NCBI GenBank assembly: GCA_030390025.1
Contig: CM059431.1
Span: 158,908,001 to 158,972,000 of the forward strand
DNA: 64,000 nucleotides
Direction: 5' to 3'
Source: Squalus acanthias
Taxonomy: Eukaryota
The position numbers and the translations under genes are program-made. Positions 10,423 to 21,800 of this stretch are shown here, one piece after another. The notes under the pieces are model-generated. The model searched no databases. It had not been told where the DNA came from and worked only from the letters and a program-made list of their open reading frames with translations. Positions within the stretch are counted from its first letter, which is position 1, and each line of letters opens with the position of its first letter.

Positions 10423-13227
10423 ACCTCCCCTGTGGCCAGAGAGTTTCTGAAAATTTGTGTCAGATCCCCTGCAATCTCCTCCCTTGCCTCACAGAGCATC
10501 CTGGGATACATATCGTCTGGGCCTGAGGATTTATCCATATTTAAGCCGACTAAAACCGCTTTTGCCTCCTCCCTCTCAATGATAATTTGTTCAAGTATAT
10601 CACATCACCCCTGCCTGATTTATATGCCTACTTCGCCCTTCTCTATAATGAACACAGGTGCTAAATATTCATTTAAAAACACACCTACATCTCTCCGGCC
10701 CTGCACACAGATTGCCACTTTTGTCTCTAATAGGCCCTACTCTTTCCCTGGTTATCCTCTTGCCCTTAATATACTTAGAAAACACCTTGGGATATTCCTT
10801 TAGTTTGGACACCAGTGTTTATTATTGACCCCTCTTCGCACTCCTAATTTCTTTCTTAAGTACCTTCTGCACATTCTATACTCCTCTAGGGCTTCCACAG
10901 TTTTTGGTCCTTTTTTCCTAAATCCATTCTTGTATATCCCTTGACTTCCAGGGTTCCCTGGCCTTGTTGGTCCCACCCTTGACCATTACGGGAACATGTT
11001 GGAGCTGTACTCTCTCTATTTCTTTTCTGAATATCTCCCACTGCACTGATATGGATTTTCCTACAAGTTGCTGATCCCAGTCCACTTTGGCCAGATCCTC
11101 CCTTATCATATTAAAATCGGGCTTCCCCCAATTTAGAACCTTTATCTCCGGTCTATCTTTGTCCATTTCCATGACTACATTAAATCTCACCGAATTACGG
11201 TCACTGTCACCAAAATGCTCTCCGACTGACACTTCTACCACTTACCCCGCTACATTCCCTAGAATTAGTTCTAGTATACCGCACCCTCTCTTGTAGGACT
11301 TTCTACAAGCTGGCTCAAAAAACTCTCCTGGATGCACTTTAAGAATTCTGCACCCTCTAAGCCTTTCACACTCTGACTATCCCAGTTAATATTGGGGAAG
11401 TTGAAAACCCCTACTATTATTACCCTATTATATCTACACTTCTCTGAGATTTGCCTATATATCTGTTCCTCTATCGCCCCAGAATGTTTGGGGGCCTATT
11501 GTACACTCCTAGGAAAGCGCTTGCCCCCTTTTTGTTTTTAAGTTCTACCCATATGGCCTCATTAGAGGAACCTGCTATGATATCATCCCTCCTTACTGCA
11601 GTAATTGACTCCTTCATCAATATTGCGACACCCCCTCCTCTTTTACACCCACATCTGTCTCGCCTGAAGATTCTATACACCGTAATAATGAGCTGCCAGT
11701 CCTGGCACTCCCTCAACCTTGACTCCGTGATAGCAACAATATCATACTCCCATGTGTTCATCAACAACTTTATTTATCTGCCTTACTCGCAAGACTACTT
11801 GCATTGAAATGAATGCCCGCCAGACTTGCCATCCTCCCTTGAGCCGTTACATATTTGCTCTGACTTCCAAACTGATTTGTTTTTTCCTCTATATTTGGCT
11901 GCGCATCACCCCCTACTATAGCTCCACTCCGTATACCATTCCCCTGCATAGTTAGTTTATATTACCCCTAACAGCTCTAGCAAACCTCCACGCAAGGATG
12001 TTGATCCTGGTGCAACCAGTCCGACTTGTACAGGGCCCACCTTCGCCAGAAACAGACACAAACATCCAGGAAACTAAAGCCCTCCCTCCTGCACCAACTC
12101 TTTAGCCTCGTATTCATCTGCTCTATCCTCCTATTCCTATATTCACTAGCACGTGGCACCGGGAGTAATCCAGAGATTACTACCTTTTTTGTCCTGCTTT
12201 TTAATCTGCTACCTAGCTCCCTAAATTCTTGTTGCAGGACCTCATCTATCTTTCTAACTATGTCGTTGGTACCAATATAAACCACGACCTCGGAATTCAC
12301 GCACGGCCCTTTCAGAATGCCCAGCAGCCGTTCAGTTACATCCTTGACCATGGCACCAGGGAGGCAACTTACCATGCTGGAGTCACGTCTGCGGCCGCAG
12401 AAACGCCTGTCTGCACCCCTCACTATTGCGTCTCCTACCACTAATGCACTTCCACTTTTACTCCTCCCCCCTTGTGGAGCTGAGCCACCCACAGTGCCGT
12501 GAACTTGGATCTGGCTGCTCTCCCCAGAGGAACCGTCACTTTCACGCGTTTCCTACACGGAATAACAGTTGCTGAGTGAGATGCACTCTGGGGCTTTCCT
12601 GACTACCGACCTGCCCCCCTTCTTCTGACTGGTGGTCTCCCATTCCCTCTCTGACTGCACTTTCTAATTCTGCGGCGTAACCACGTCCAAAAACGTGCTA
12701 TCCATGTAAGTCTGAGCTTGCGGATACACCGCAGCGCCTCCAGCTGATGCTGGAGCTCCGAAAACCGGATCTCCAGTTGGCCAAACCAGTGGCACTTACT
12801 GAACATGTGGTCATCCTGACTGCAAGAAGCGTCTAGGAAATCGCACATGCTGCAGGAAGTGCAACTCACGGGACTGAGATCAGCTGCCACAACCTTAATT
12901 AAAAAACTCTTGCCTCAAATTTAAACTCTCGGATTCTCGCTCTCCCGAACTACCTTAACTATGAAGTACCTTAAAAAAATAGACTTAAAATTGAAGAAAA
13001 AAAAACGCTAAACCACTATTCACTAATCAGCTTCTTCCCCTGCGCCGACGTCACTTTGGAACAGGTATTTCTTTCAATCTTCATCAAGGCACTTAAATTT
13101 AGACGCCCAACTTTGGATAAAAGCGAGAAATATTGAAATACTCATCAACCAATCATTTACCTGCTTACTGTTGACGTGATACTTCGATGAATTTTTACTT
13201 CTTTACACTCACCGGTCCTTTGTATCT

Positions 13228-13484
13228 CAGCCGCTCCCGCTGCTTTTACTGCCGCTGAAGTCTCGCGCTCTCCAGCCGCTCCCGCTGCTTTTACTGCCCC
13301 CGAAGTCTCGCGCACTCCAGCCGCTCCTGCTGCTTTTACTGCCCCCGAAGTCTCGCGCACTCCAGCCGCTCCTGCGGCTTTTACTGCCCCCGAAGACTCG
13401 CGCTCTCCAGCCGCTCCTGCTGCTTTTACTGCAGCCGTAGTCTCGCGCTCTCCAGCCGCTCCCGCTGCTTTTACTGCCGCCGAA
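13228..13484 (-). repeat. 45-bp tandem monomer array (about 5.7 copies) forming the LINE 5' end
   Basis: CAGCCGCTCC recurs at 13228, 13273, 13318, 13363, 13408, 13453. Confidence 0.95.
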
Positions 13485-13729
13485 TATTGACACTTTTTTA
13501 TTTCATTGTTTTTAACACTAGGTGACTTCATCTCTCACTATTCGAAAAGAACCTTCCTTTTTCCTGCTCAAAATGTTTCACTATTTCATAAATATTATGT
13601 TTCAGCTCCAACAGCTTCATTAATTCCACTCTGTCGTCTCAGATGCGGATATTTGTCACACTAATATCAGCTGATACCCTTGCCACTGCTTCATTCACCT
13701 ATTCTGTGAAACCATTGTTGTTGGTGGGT

Positions 13730-14340
13730 TCAGCACGCGGCCGTCCCTTCCCTTTTCACTGAACTCAACCTTCATGCCCCAAGAATTTGAACCCTTCCCC
13801 CTTACTCCAGCCAAGCAGTCTCACATTGACCTGCCTCATATTTCCCTCATTAAGCGGCCCAGTGCAAAACAATCCAGAGATCTCCAGCTTGAGAGCTTGT
13901 CTTTAATCTAGTGCCTCAGTCTCAATATTCCCTCTGTAAACGTATTTCTATCCGTGTTACTGATTCCGACCCTGGGTAATTTCCTCTCTCCTTTCCTTCC
14001 AGATTGTTCTTCTCTCTGGCACCAGAATGCATATTTCCAATTGGCACCTGCTCAGGGCTGAAGACGAGTCTGTCTATTCACCTGACTATAGAATCTCCCA
14101 CCACTATCGCAATCCTATTTTTGTTCCCACCTGCCTCTCACCTCTGCCCAACTCGAGGTGGCCTCCTGCTCTCTGGAGTCACACTGTTGCTCAGGAAAAC
14201 CCTCCTTCGAGTCACTAGCTCTATCTAGCTTACAGTCCCCAAAAAAACAGGTATGTATTGGTCCGTTCCAATACTCAGGGCTCCCTGCACCTGTGACTGC
14301 TGTGCCCCTCTAGAGGGTCACTCACTTCCCGTTTTGTACT
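13730..14340 (-). mobile_element. Decayed CR1 ORF1 (esterase) fragment; paralog at 31082-31500
   Basis: Reverse complement retains IAIVVGDSIVR-like motif (about 14080-14115). Confidence 0.65.
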
Positions 14341-14446
14341 CAGCTCATGTCCTGTTCCCTCTTCCTGTGTGAGCTGCAGGTTCTGCACGAGATCTGCTCC
14401 CTTTGTCGGTACAGAAATTATATTTTAATGAGTTTTGTGAACCTAC

Positions 14447-14542
14447 CTCTGTTATTTCTCAATTTTCCTGAAATTGTTGGCTCCTTTCCCCTGTTTCGAA
14501 CTTCGGCCATGCCGTTGACAGGCGTTCCCAGGGTCTGATGCT
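14447..14542 (-). CDS. 96-nt phase 1-1 exon, copy A: (E)HQTLGTPVNGMAEVRNRGKEPTISGKLRNNR; resembles N-terminal exon of cartilaginous-fish NLR (NACHT-LRR) genes
   Basis: Acceptor ..tattaaag|, donor AGAG|gtaggt, open frame; same length and frame as paralog 31622-31717. NLR likeness is recalled, not searched; no NACHT/LRR exons in the window. Confidence 0.6.
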
Positions 14543-14939
14543 CTTTAATAAATATATTAATAGGAGGGTTAGGCAGAAATATTAAGATGAGAAGCAGAAC
14601 GTTGCCTTATTAAACATGATATCAAGGCCCTCCTCACCCATCAGTACAGCAAACTGTTAGCTCTGGTTATCAGCATTTCCCGACTGTTACCATCACCACT
14701 CCAGATCAGGTGTGACACAGACAGCTGCCCAGTGAAATCCAGTGAGTCCCGCTGAACTTGAGTGTGCATTTTGTATGCCGCTCCAGACCCGAGCCGTCCA
14801 CTTCTATTTCCACTTTTTTCTCCCGTTTTTTCCTTTTCTGTCTAAACCTACCTGATCGCTCTCTCCATTCGTCATACCTCCGTTCATCTCTGCGCTTTCG
14901 GATACGCTGCTTTCCCTAATCCCTATCACAATCCTTCCA

Positions 14940-17150
14940 CATCCCCCTTCCCCCTCAAACTTACTTCATTCTGTGTCGAAAAATCTCTCTCCCAACACTC
15001 TTAAAAACTGCATTTACGACATCCCAGCTATCTAGCTTTTGGCCCTCCATTCACCACAACATTTCTACAGCTCCCGATCAGCTGAACCACACCCTCACCA
15101 CCACCTTCGATGCCCTACTCCCGATTAAATCAGTCACATTTTCTCACCCTCGCTTTTCCAATTGGTACAGCCCTCATATCGTTCCCTTAACTCCAGGAGA
15201 CGCAGAATTGAACTGATGTGGCGGACAATGGGTTTAGCCATTTGCCGCCAGTTCTGGCTGGACCACTTAAAGCATTATCGGGTCCTGCTCTCGTCTGAAA
15301 AAAATGCTCACTATTCCAAAAGAATTCTGGAATGCAAAGACAAAACCCGGCTTCTATTCTCCACTGCTAAACATCTTCTTAAACCTCTCTCCCATGTCTT
15401 CTCCACCTTCACCTCCAACAACAATTGCGAGAGGCTCATAAATGTATTTGTCTCTAAGATTCAGACCATCCGATCAGCTGCCTCTGCCACTTCTCATCCT
15501 TCTCCTATCCCACCGGGAAAATATTCAAGAACGTTCCCTCTGCCCTAGCCCTGAACTCGCATCTTTCTCCAGCTTCTCTCTGGTCTCCTCCCCTGACCTC
15601 TCCGTTACTCATCGTGTCTATGAGAACCAGTTCCTGCTCGCTCGATCCTATTCCCAGCTAACTGCTGACCACCAATTTCCTTTTTTGGCTCCCATGTTAG
15701 CTGACATTATTAATGGCTCTCTCTTCTCAGGTACTGTCCCTCTCTCCTTCAAATCTGCCGTCATCACCACTCTCCTCAAATAAATAACTCTCGACTGCTC
15801 CGTCCTTGCAAATTTCCGCCCCAACTCTAACTTCCCATTCCGCTCCAAATTCCTTGATAATGTTGTTGCCTTCCAAAGCCATTCTCATCCTTCCTGGAAC
15901 TCCATATTTGAGTGCCCCAATTGGGTTTCCGCCCCTGTCACAGTAATGAAACGGCTCTCATCAACGTCACAAATGACATCCTTTGTGACTGCGAAAAAGA
16001 CAAATTATGCCTCCTCGGCCTTCTCGACTTCTCAGCACCCTTTGACACGCTTGATCACTCCACACTCCTCCAACGCCTTTCCACCGTCGTTCAGCTGTTG
16101 GGACTGCACTCGTCTGGTTCCATTCTTATTCATCATAGACAGAGAATCACCTGCAATGGCTTCTCTTCCTACTCTCGCATCACTACCTCTGGTTTCCCCC
16201 AAGAATCTATCCTTGACCCCTTCCTATTTTTCATCTACATGCTGCCCCTTGACAACAACATCGGAAAACAACGCTTCAGTTTCCAAGTTTACGCTGACGA
16301 CACGCAGCTCTAGCTCACTATCACTTCTCTCAACCCCTTCACTGTCTCTGAATTATCAGACTGCTTGTCCGACATCCAGTTCTGGATGAGCAGAAATTTT
16401 CTCCAGATAAATATTGGGAAACCATTTTTTTCATTCCCCGTTACTGACTCCATCCCTCTCCCTAACATCTGTCTGAGGTTGAACCACACTTTTTTCAATC
16501 TTGTATTCAGATTTGAGTCTGAAAGGAGCCACCGACAAAGTTTCCGCGGCCTAACTAAGACCGCCTATTTCCACCTCCACCATCGCTTGTCTCCAAATGT
16601 GCATCAGAACATCTGCTCCTGAAACCCGCATCCATGCCTTTGTTACCTCTAGACGTGACTGTTCCAAAACACTCCTGGCTAGCCACCCACATTATACCCT
16701 ACGTAAATTAGAGGCCACTCGAAACTCGGGTGCCAGTGTCCTATCTCGCACCAAGTCCCATTCACCCATCACCCCAGTGCTCGCAGACCTTGGACAATGT
16801 GGACAACTTTCCATACCTCGGGAACCTATTTTCAACAACTGCGTCGATGACGAAGTCCAACACCGCCTTCAGTGTGCCAGTGTTGCCTTCGTTCGGCTGA
16901 GGAAGGCCGTGCCTTCAGTTGCCAAGGCTCTAAGCTGTGGAAATCTCTCATTAAACCTCTCCGCCTCTCTACCTCTATTTCACTCCTTCATATCGCTCCT
17001 TAAAACCTACCTGTTGGAGCAACCTTTTAGTCAACTGCGCTAATTTCACCTTATGTGTCACGTTGTCAATGTATTTTCTTATAACAACAACTTTTATACG
17101 TATAGCGCCTTTAACGTTCTAAAACGTCCCACGGCAAAGCACAGGACTAT
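14940..17150 (+). mobile_element. L2-clade LINE (RT region), degenerate
   Basis: ORFs 15162-15548, 15442-15783, 15912-16313 (LLDFSAPFDTLDH, YADDTQL), 16597-17043; same position relative to the 96-nt exon as the L2 at 32300-36864. Confidence 0.9.
16788..16904 (+). mobile_element. RTE-clade LINE fragment embedded in L2
   Basis: LDNVDNFPYLGNLFSTT / VDDEVQHRLQCASVAFVRLRK, the RTE RT C-terminal pattern. Confidence 0.7.
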
Positions 17151-17255
17151 TGTAAGACAAAAATGAAGTACTGCAGATGCTGGAAATCTGAAATAAAAAC
17201 AGAAAGTGCTGGAGAACCTCAGCAGGTCTGGCAGCATCTGTGACGAGAGAAACAG

Positions 17256-17292
17256 AATTAACCTTTCAGGTCGATGACCTTTCGTCAGAATT
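17256..17292 (-). ncRNA. Minimal hammerhead ribozyme motif at PLE 3' end (variant)
   Basis: AATT-CTGACGA-A-AGGTC atc GACCT-GAAA-GG-TT-AATT; the loop-III segment AAGGTT is not palindromic. Confidence 0.6.
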
Positions 17293-17892
17293 GGAAAAAA
17301 GCAGGACATGAAACAGATTTTAAGCAAGTGTAGAGGTTGGGAAAGTGGGGAGGGGATGAAAGAACAAAAGGGAAGTTCTGTGACAGGATATAAGGCGGAA
17401 GAGGTTAAGAGACATTAAGAGATATTCAAGGCAAAAGGAGATGGTAATGGGACAGATTAAGAAACAAACGATGGCTCTCGATGAAGTGTAAATTGCGCTG
17501 GCAGAATGAAAGACAGCTGCCATGTGGGGGAAAAGAACAAAAAGACAGACAAAGAGTGTGGATAAAAAACATATATATATATATATATATATGTTAGGGG
17601 CCGAGGTTATAACCTGAAATTGTTGAACTCTATTTTGAGTCCAGAAGGCTATAAAGTGCCTAATCGGAAAATGAGGTGCTGTTCCTCGAGCTTACGCTGA
17701 GCTTCCGTGTAACAATGCAAGAGGCCGAGGTTGGTGAGGCTTGAGTGGGTTGGAGCGGTGAGATAAAGAGACAGGCGACCGGAAGTTCGGGATCCCCCTT
17801 ACGGAATGAACGCAGGTGTTCCGCAAAGCGATCACCGAAGCTGCGTTTGGTCTCCCCAATGTAGAGGAGACCACATCGTGAGCAGCGAATAC

Positions 17893-18420
17893 ATTGGCCT
17901 AGAAATTCGGGTGGCCGGCTTGCCGCGGGGGTAAGGATCGCGCGTGCTCTTACCTACCGCGCCTGCCGTTGTGTTTCGGGCCCATAGGAACTTCGGGTCC
18001 TGGGCCTCTCCCTAGTGCCGGCGCGCAGTGCTTGCGTGTCCCAGGGGCGCCGTTAGTGCGATGCGAATCCGGGGATCACGTGGGCCATGGAGAGCCAATG
18101 GCAGCAGACCATCTTTCATTCATAGTTTTGACAGGAGAACCTGTCAAATCTGTGAATTGAAATCGGTCCAAAAAGAACAGCTGAACCGCAAATAAATTTT
18201 AAAAAAACCATCACATTAATAAAATAAATATAGTTAAATAAATTAACCACTTTAAACTAAAATTTAAATTTTTGAAAAAATTTAAATTCTTTTTAAAAGT
18301 TATAAAAATAAACTTACCTTTCTTTAAAGTTTCTAAAGAAGATAAATCTGTTGAAAACTATTTAAACTTATACTTAATTAGCTACTTACCTTGTTCAAAA
18401 GGGGTCTTACGCCTTCTTTT
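17893..18420. mobile_element. Probable non-autonomous DNA-transposon (MITE-like) fragment interrupting the PLE
   Basis: Abrupt GC-rich start GGCCTAGAAATTCGGG followed by an AT-rich block; PLE coding sequence resumes after it; second terminus not found. Confidence 0.45.
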
Positions 18421-18890
18421 TACTTAAATCGCTGTATCACCTGGAAGGGTTGTTTTGGACCCTGGACAGCTGGAAGGATGGTGGTATAAGGGCATGTTTT
18501 GCATCTCCTGCGTTTGCACGGGAAGGTGCCGGGCGAAGGGGAAGGGTTGTTGGGAGTGATAGAGAAGTGAACTAGGCTTTCGCAGAGGGAGCGGTCCCTA
18601 TGGAATGCTGAAAGTGGAGGTGAGGAGAAGATGCGTTTGGTGGTGTGATCACGCTGGAGGTGTCGGAAATGGCGGCGGTTGATCCGTTGAATGTGGAGGC
18701 TGGTGGGGTGAAAGTTGAGGACAAGGGGAACTCTGTCGTGGTTCCGGGAGGGAGAGGTAGGGATGAGGGCAGAACTGCGGGAGATAGAACGGACACGTTG
18801 AAGCGCCGTGTCAACCAATGTAGTGGGGAATCCTCGTTGAGGAAAAAGGAAGACATGTCAGAAGCACTGGTATGGAAGGTGGCATTTTAG

Positions 18891-21800
18891 GACACCCTCA
18901 CTGACCCAGTCCCGACACCCTCACTGCACCAACTCCAACAGCCTCTCTGACCCAACCCCAACACACTCTCTCACCAGCCCCAACACCCTCCCGGACCAGC
19001 CCCGACATTATCACTGACCCAGCTACACAACGACAACCAACTCACGCAGGCCAGCACCGACACCACACTCACCATGCCCTACACCGACACCCCACTGACC
19101 CAGCCCTACACCGACACCACACTTACCCAGCCCTACAGCGACACCCCACTGACCCAGCCCTACACCGACACCCGACTCACACAGCCACACTCCGACACCC
19201 CACAGACCCATTCCGCACACCAACACCTCACTGTCCCAGCCCAACACCGACACCGCACTGATCAAGTCCTACTACGATACCCGTCAGACCCAGCCCAACA
19301 CCGACAACACACTGACCCAGCCCAACACCGAAACCCACTGACTCGGCGCCAACCCGACACACAACTGACCGAGCCCAACACAGACAATCCACTTACCCAG
19401 AAGAAAACCGACATCATCTCTGATCCAGTCCGACACCGACACGACACTGACCCAGCCCAACACCAAAACCCATTGACACAGCCATACACCGAAACTCGAG
19501 TTACCCAGGCCAAATCCGACATCCTCTCTGACCAAGCCCTACACCGACACCAACTGACCAAGACAAACACCGACACCCCACTGTCCAAGCCCAACATCGA
19601 CAACCCAATGAGCCAAACCCGATACCCCACTGAACCAACACCGACACCCCACTGACCCAGTCCTACACCGACACCCCAGTGACCCAGCCCAACACCGAAA
19701 TACCAACGACCCAGCCCTACACCGACAGCCCACTGTCACAGCCCAACACCGACACCCCACTGACCCAGACGAAGACTGACACCCCACTGACCCAGTCTTA
19801 CTCCGACACCCCACTGACCCAGTCCAACACCGACACCCCACTGACCCAGCACAATACCGACACCCCACTGACCCAGACGAACACCGACACCCCACTGACC
19901 CAGTCTTACACCGACACCCCACTGACCCAGTCCTATACCGAAACCCCACTGTCCCAGCTCAACAGCGACACCCCACTGACCCAGTCCCAACATCAACAGC
20001 CTCATTGACTCAACACCGACACCACACTGACCCAGCCCAACACCGACACCGCACTGATCAAGTCCTACTACGATACCCGACAGACCCAGCCCAACACCGA
20101 CAACACAGTTACCCAGCCCAACACCGACACCCACTGACTCAATGCAAACCCGACACACAACTGACCGAGCCCAACACAGACAATCCACTTACCCAGAACA
20201 AAACCGACATCATCTCTGATCCAGTCCGACACCGACACGACACTGACCCAGCCCAACACCAAAACCCATTGACACAGCCATACACCGAAACTCGAGTTAC
20301 CCAGGCCAAATCCGACATCCTCTCTGACCAAGCCCTACACCGAAACTCGAGTTACCCAGGCCAAATCCGACATCCTCTCTGACCAAGCCCTACACCGACA
20401 CCAACTGACCAAGACAAACACCGACACCCCACTGTCCAAGCCCAACATCGACACCCCAATGAGCCAAACCCGATACCCCACTGAACCAACACCGACACCC
20501 CACTGACCCAGTCCTACACCGACACCCCAGTGACCCAGCCCAACACCGACAAGCCACTGACACAGCCGTACTCCGACACCCCACTGACCCAGCCCAACAC
20601 CGACTCCGCACTGACCCAGCCCTACATTGACACCCCACTGTCCCAGCCCAACACCGACACCCCACTGTCCCAGCCCAACACCGACACCCCACTGTCGCAG
20701 CACAACACCGACACCCCACTGACCCAGACGAACACCGACACCCCACTGACCCAGTCCTACACCGACACCCCACTGACACAGCCCAACACCGACACCCCAC
20801 TCACCAAGTCCTACACCAACACCCCACTGACACAGCCCAACACCGACACCCCACTGACCAAGTCCTACACCGACACCCCACTGACACAGCCCAACACCGA
20901 CACCCCACTGACCAAGTCCTACAACGACACCCCACTGACACAGCCCAACACCGACAACCCACTGACCAAGCCCTACACCCACACCCCACTGACACAGCCA
21001 AAACCGACACACGCACTGACCCAACACCGACAGCCCAGAGACGCAGCTCAGCACAGAAACCCTACTGACACAGCACAACAACGACACCCCACTGACCCAG
21101 CACAACAACGACACCACAATGACCCAGCCCAACACCGACACCCCACTGACCTAGTCCTAAACCGACACACCACTTACCCAGGCCAAAACCGACATCCTCT
21201 CTGACCCAGCCCGACACCGACACTCACTGACCAAGCCCAACACCGACACCTCACTGACCCAATCCAACACCGACACCCCACTAACCCAGCCTAACACCGA
21301 CACGCCACTGGACAAGACTTAGAAGGCCATCCCACTAACACAATCCAACACTGACACCCCACATACCCAACCCAACACCGATACCCTCACTGAACCAACA
21401 GCGACTCCTCAGACACCTTACCTAAAGATCGACACCCCACTGACACAAACCTACAACGGCACCACACTGAGACACCCGAACACAGAAATACCACTAACAC
21501 AGCCCAAAACCGACACCCAAATGACCCAGTCCGACACTGTATCCCTCACTGGCCAGACAGCGACACCCCACTGACCCAGTCCAACACAAACACCCCACTT
21601 ACCCAGCCCCACACCGAAATCCCACGGGCACAGACATATAACGAAACCCCACTGATCGAGCGCAACACCGAAACACCACTCACACAGCCAAACACCGACA
21701 CCCCACACACCCAGCCCAAAACCGAAACCCTACTCACCCAGCTCAACACCGAAGCCCTACTCACCCAGCCCAAAACCGAAACCCCACTGACACAGCCCAA

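Larger units (their letters stand above)
8349..13490 (-). mobile_element. Near-full-length HER1/CR1 LINE (5' monomer array, ORF1 zinc-finger + GDSL/SGNH esterase, ORF2 APE-RT), disrupted, with two nested insertions
   Basis: ORF1 pieces 12603-12890 (CTSCSM..KC) and 11977-12492 (VVGDAIVR, IGTND); APE pieces 11471-11767 and 10918-11241 (GDSDRN); RT to 8454; 3' tail at 8349-8370. Confidence 0.95.
17152..18890 (-). mobile_element. Penelope-like element 3' part (RT C-terminus, Cys linker, GIY-YIG endonuclease, 3' end), split by an insertion at about 17893-18420
   Basis: ORF 18420-18818 (RVPLVLNFHP..CKRRRCKTC); CIRCSRCGLLYIGETKR..RFAEH region at about 17810-17890; LEEQHLIFRLGTL near 17655-17692. 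Confidence 0.9.

Noticed and set aside
13157..13531. 124-aa ORF with AAVKAAGAAGERET repeats
   Set aside because: Translation of the 45-bp LINE 5' monomer array.
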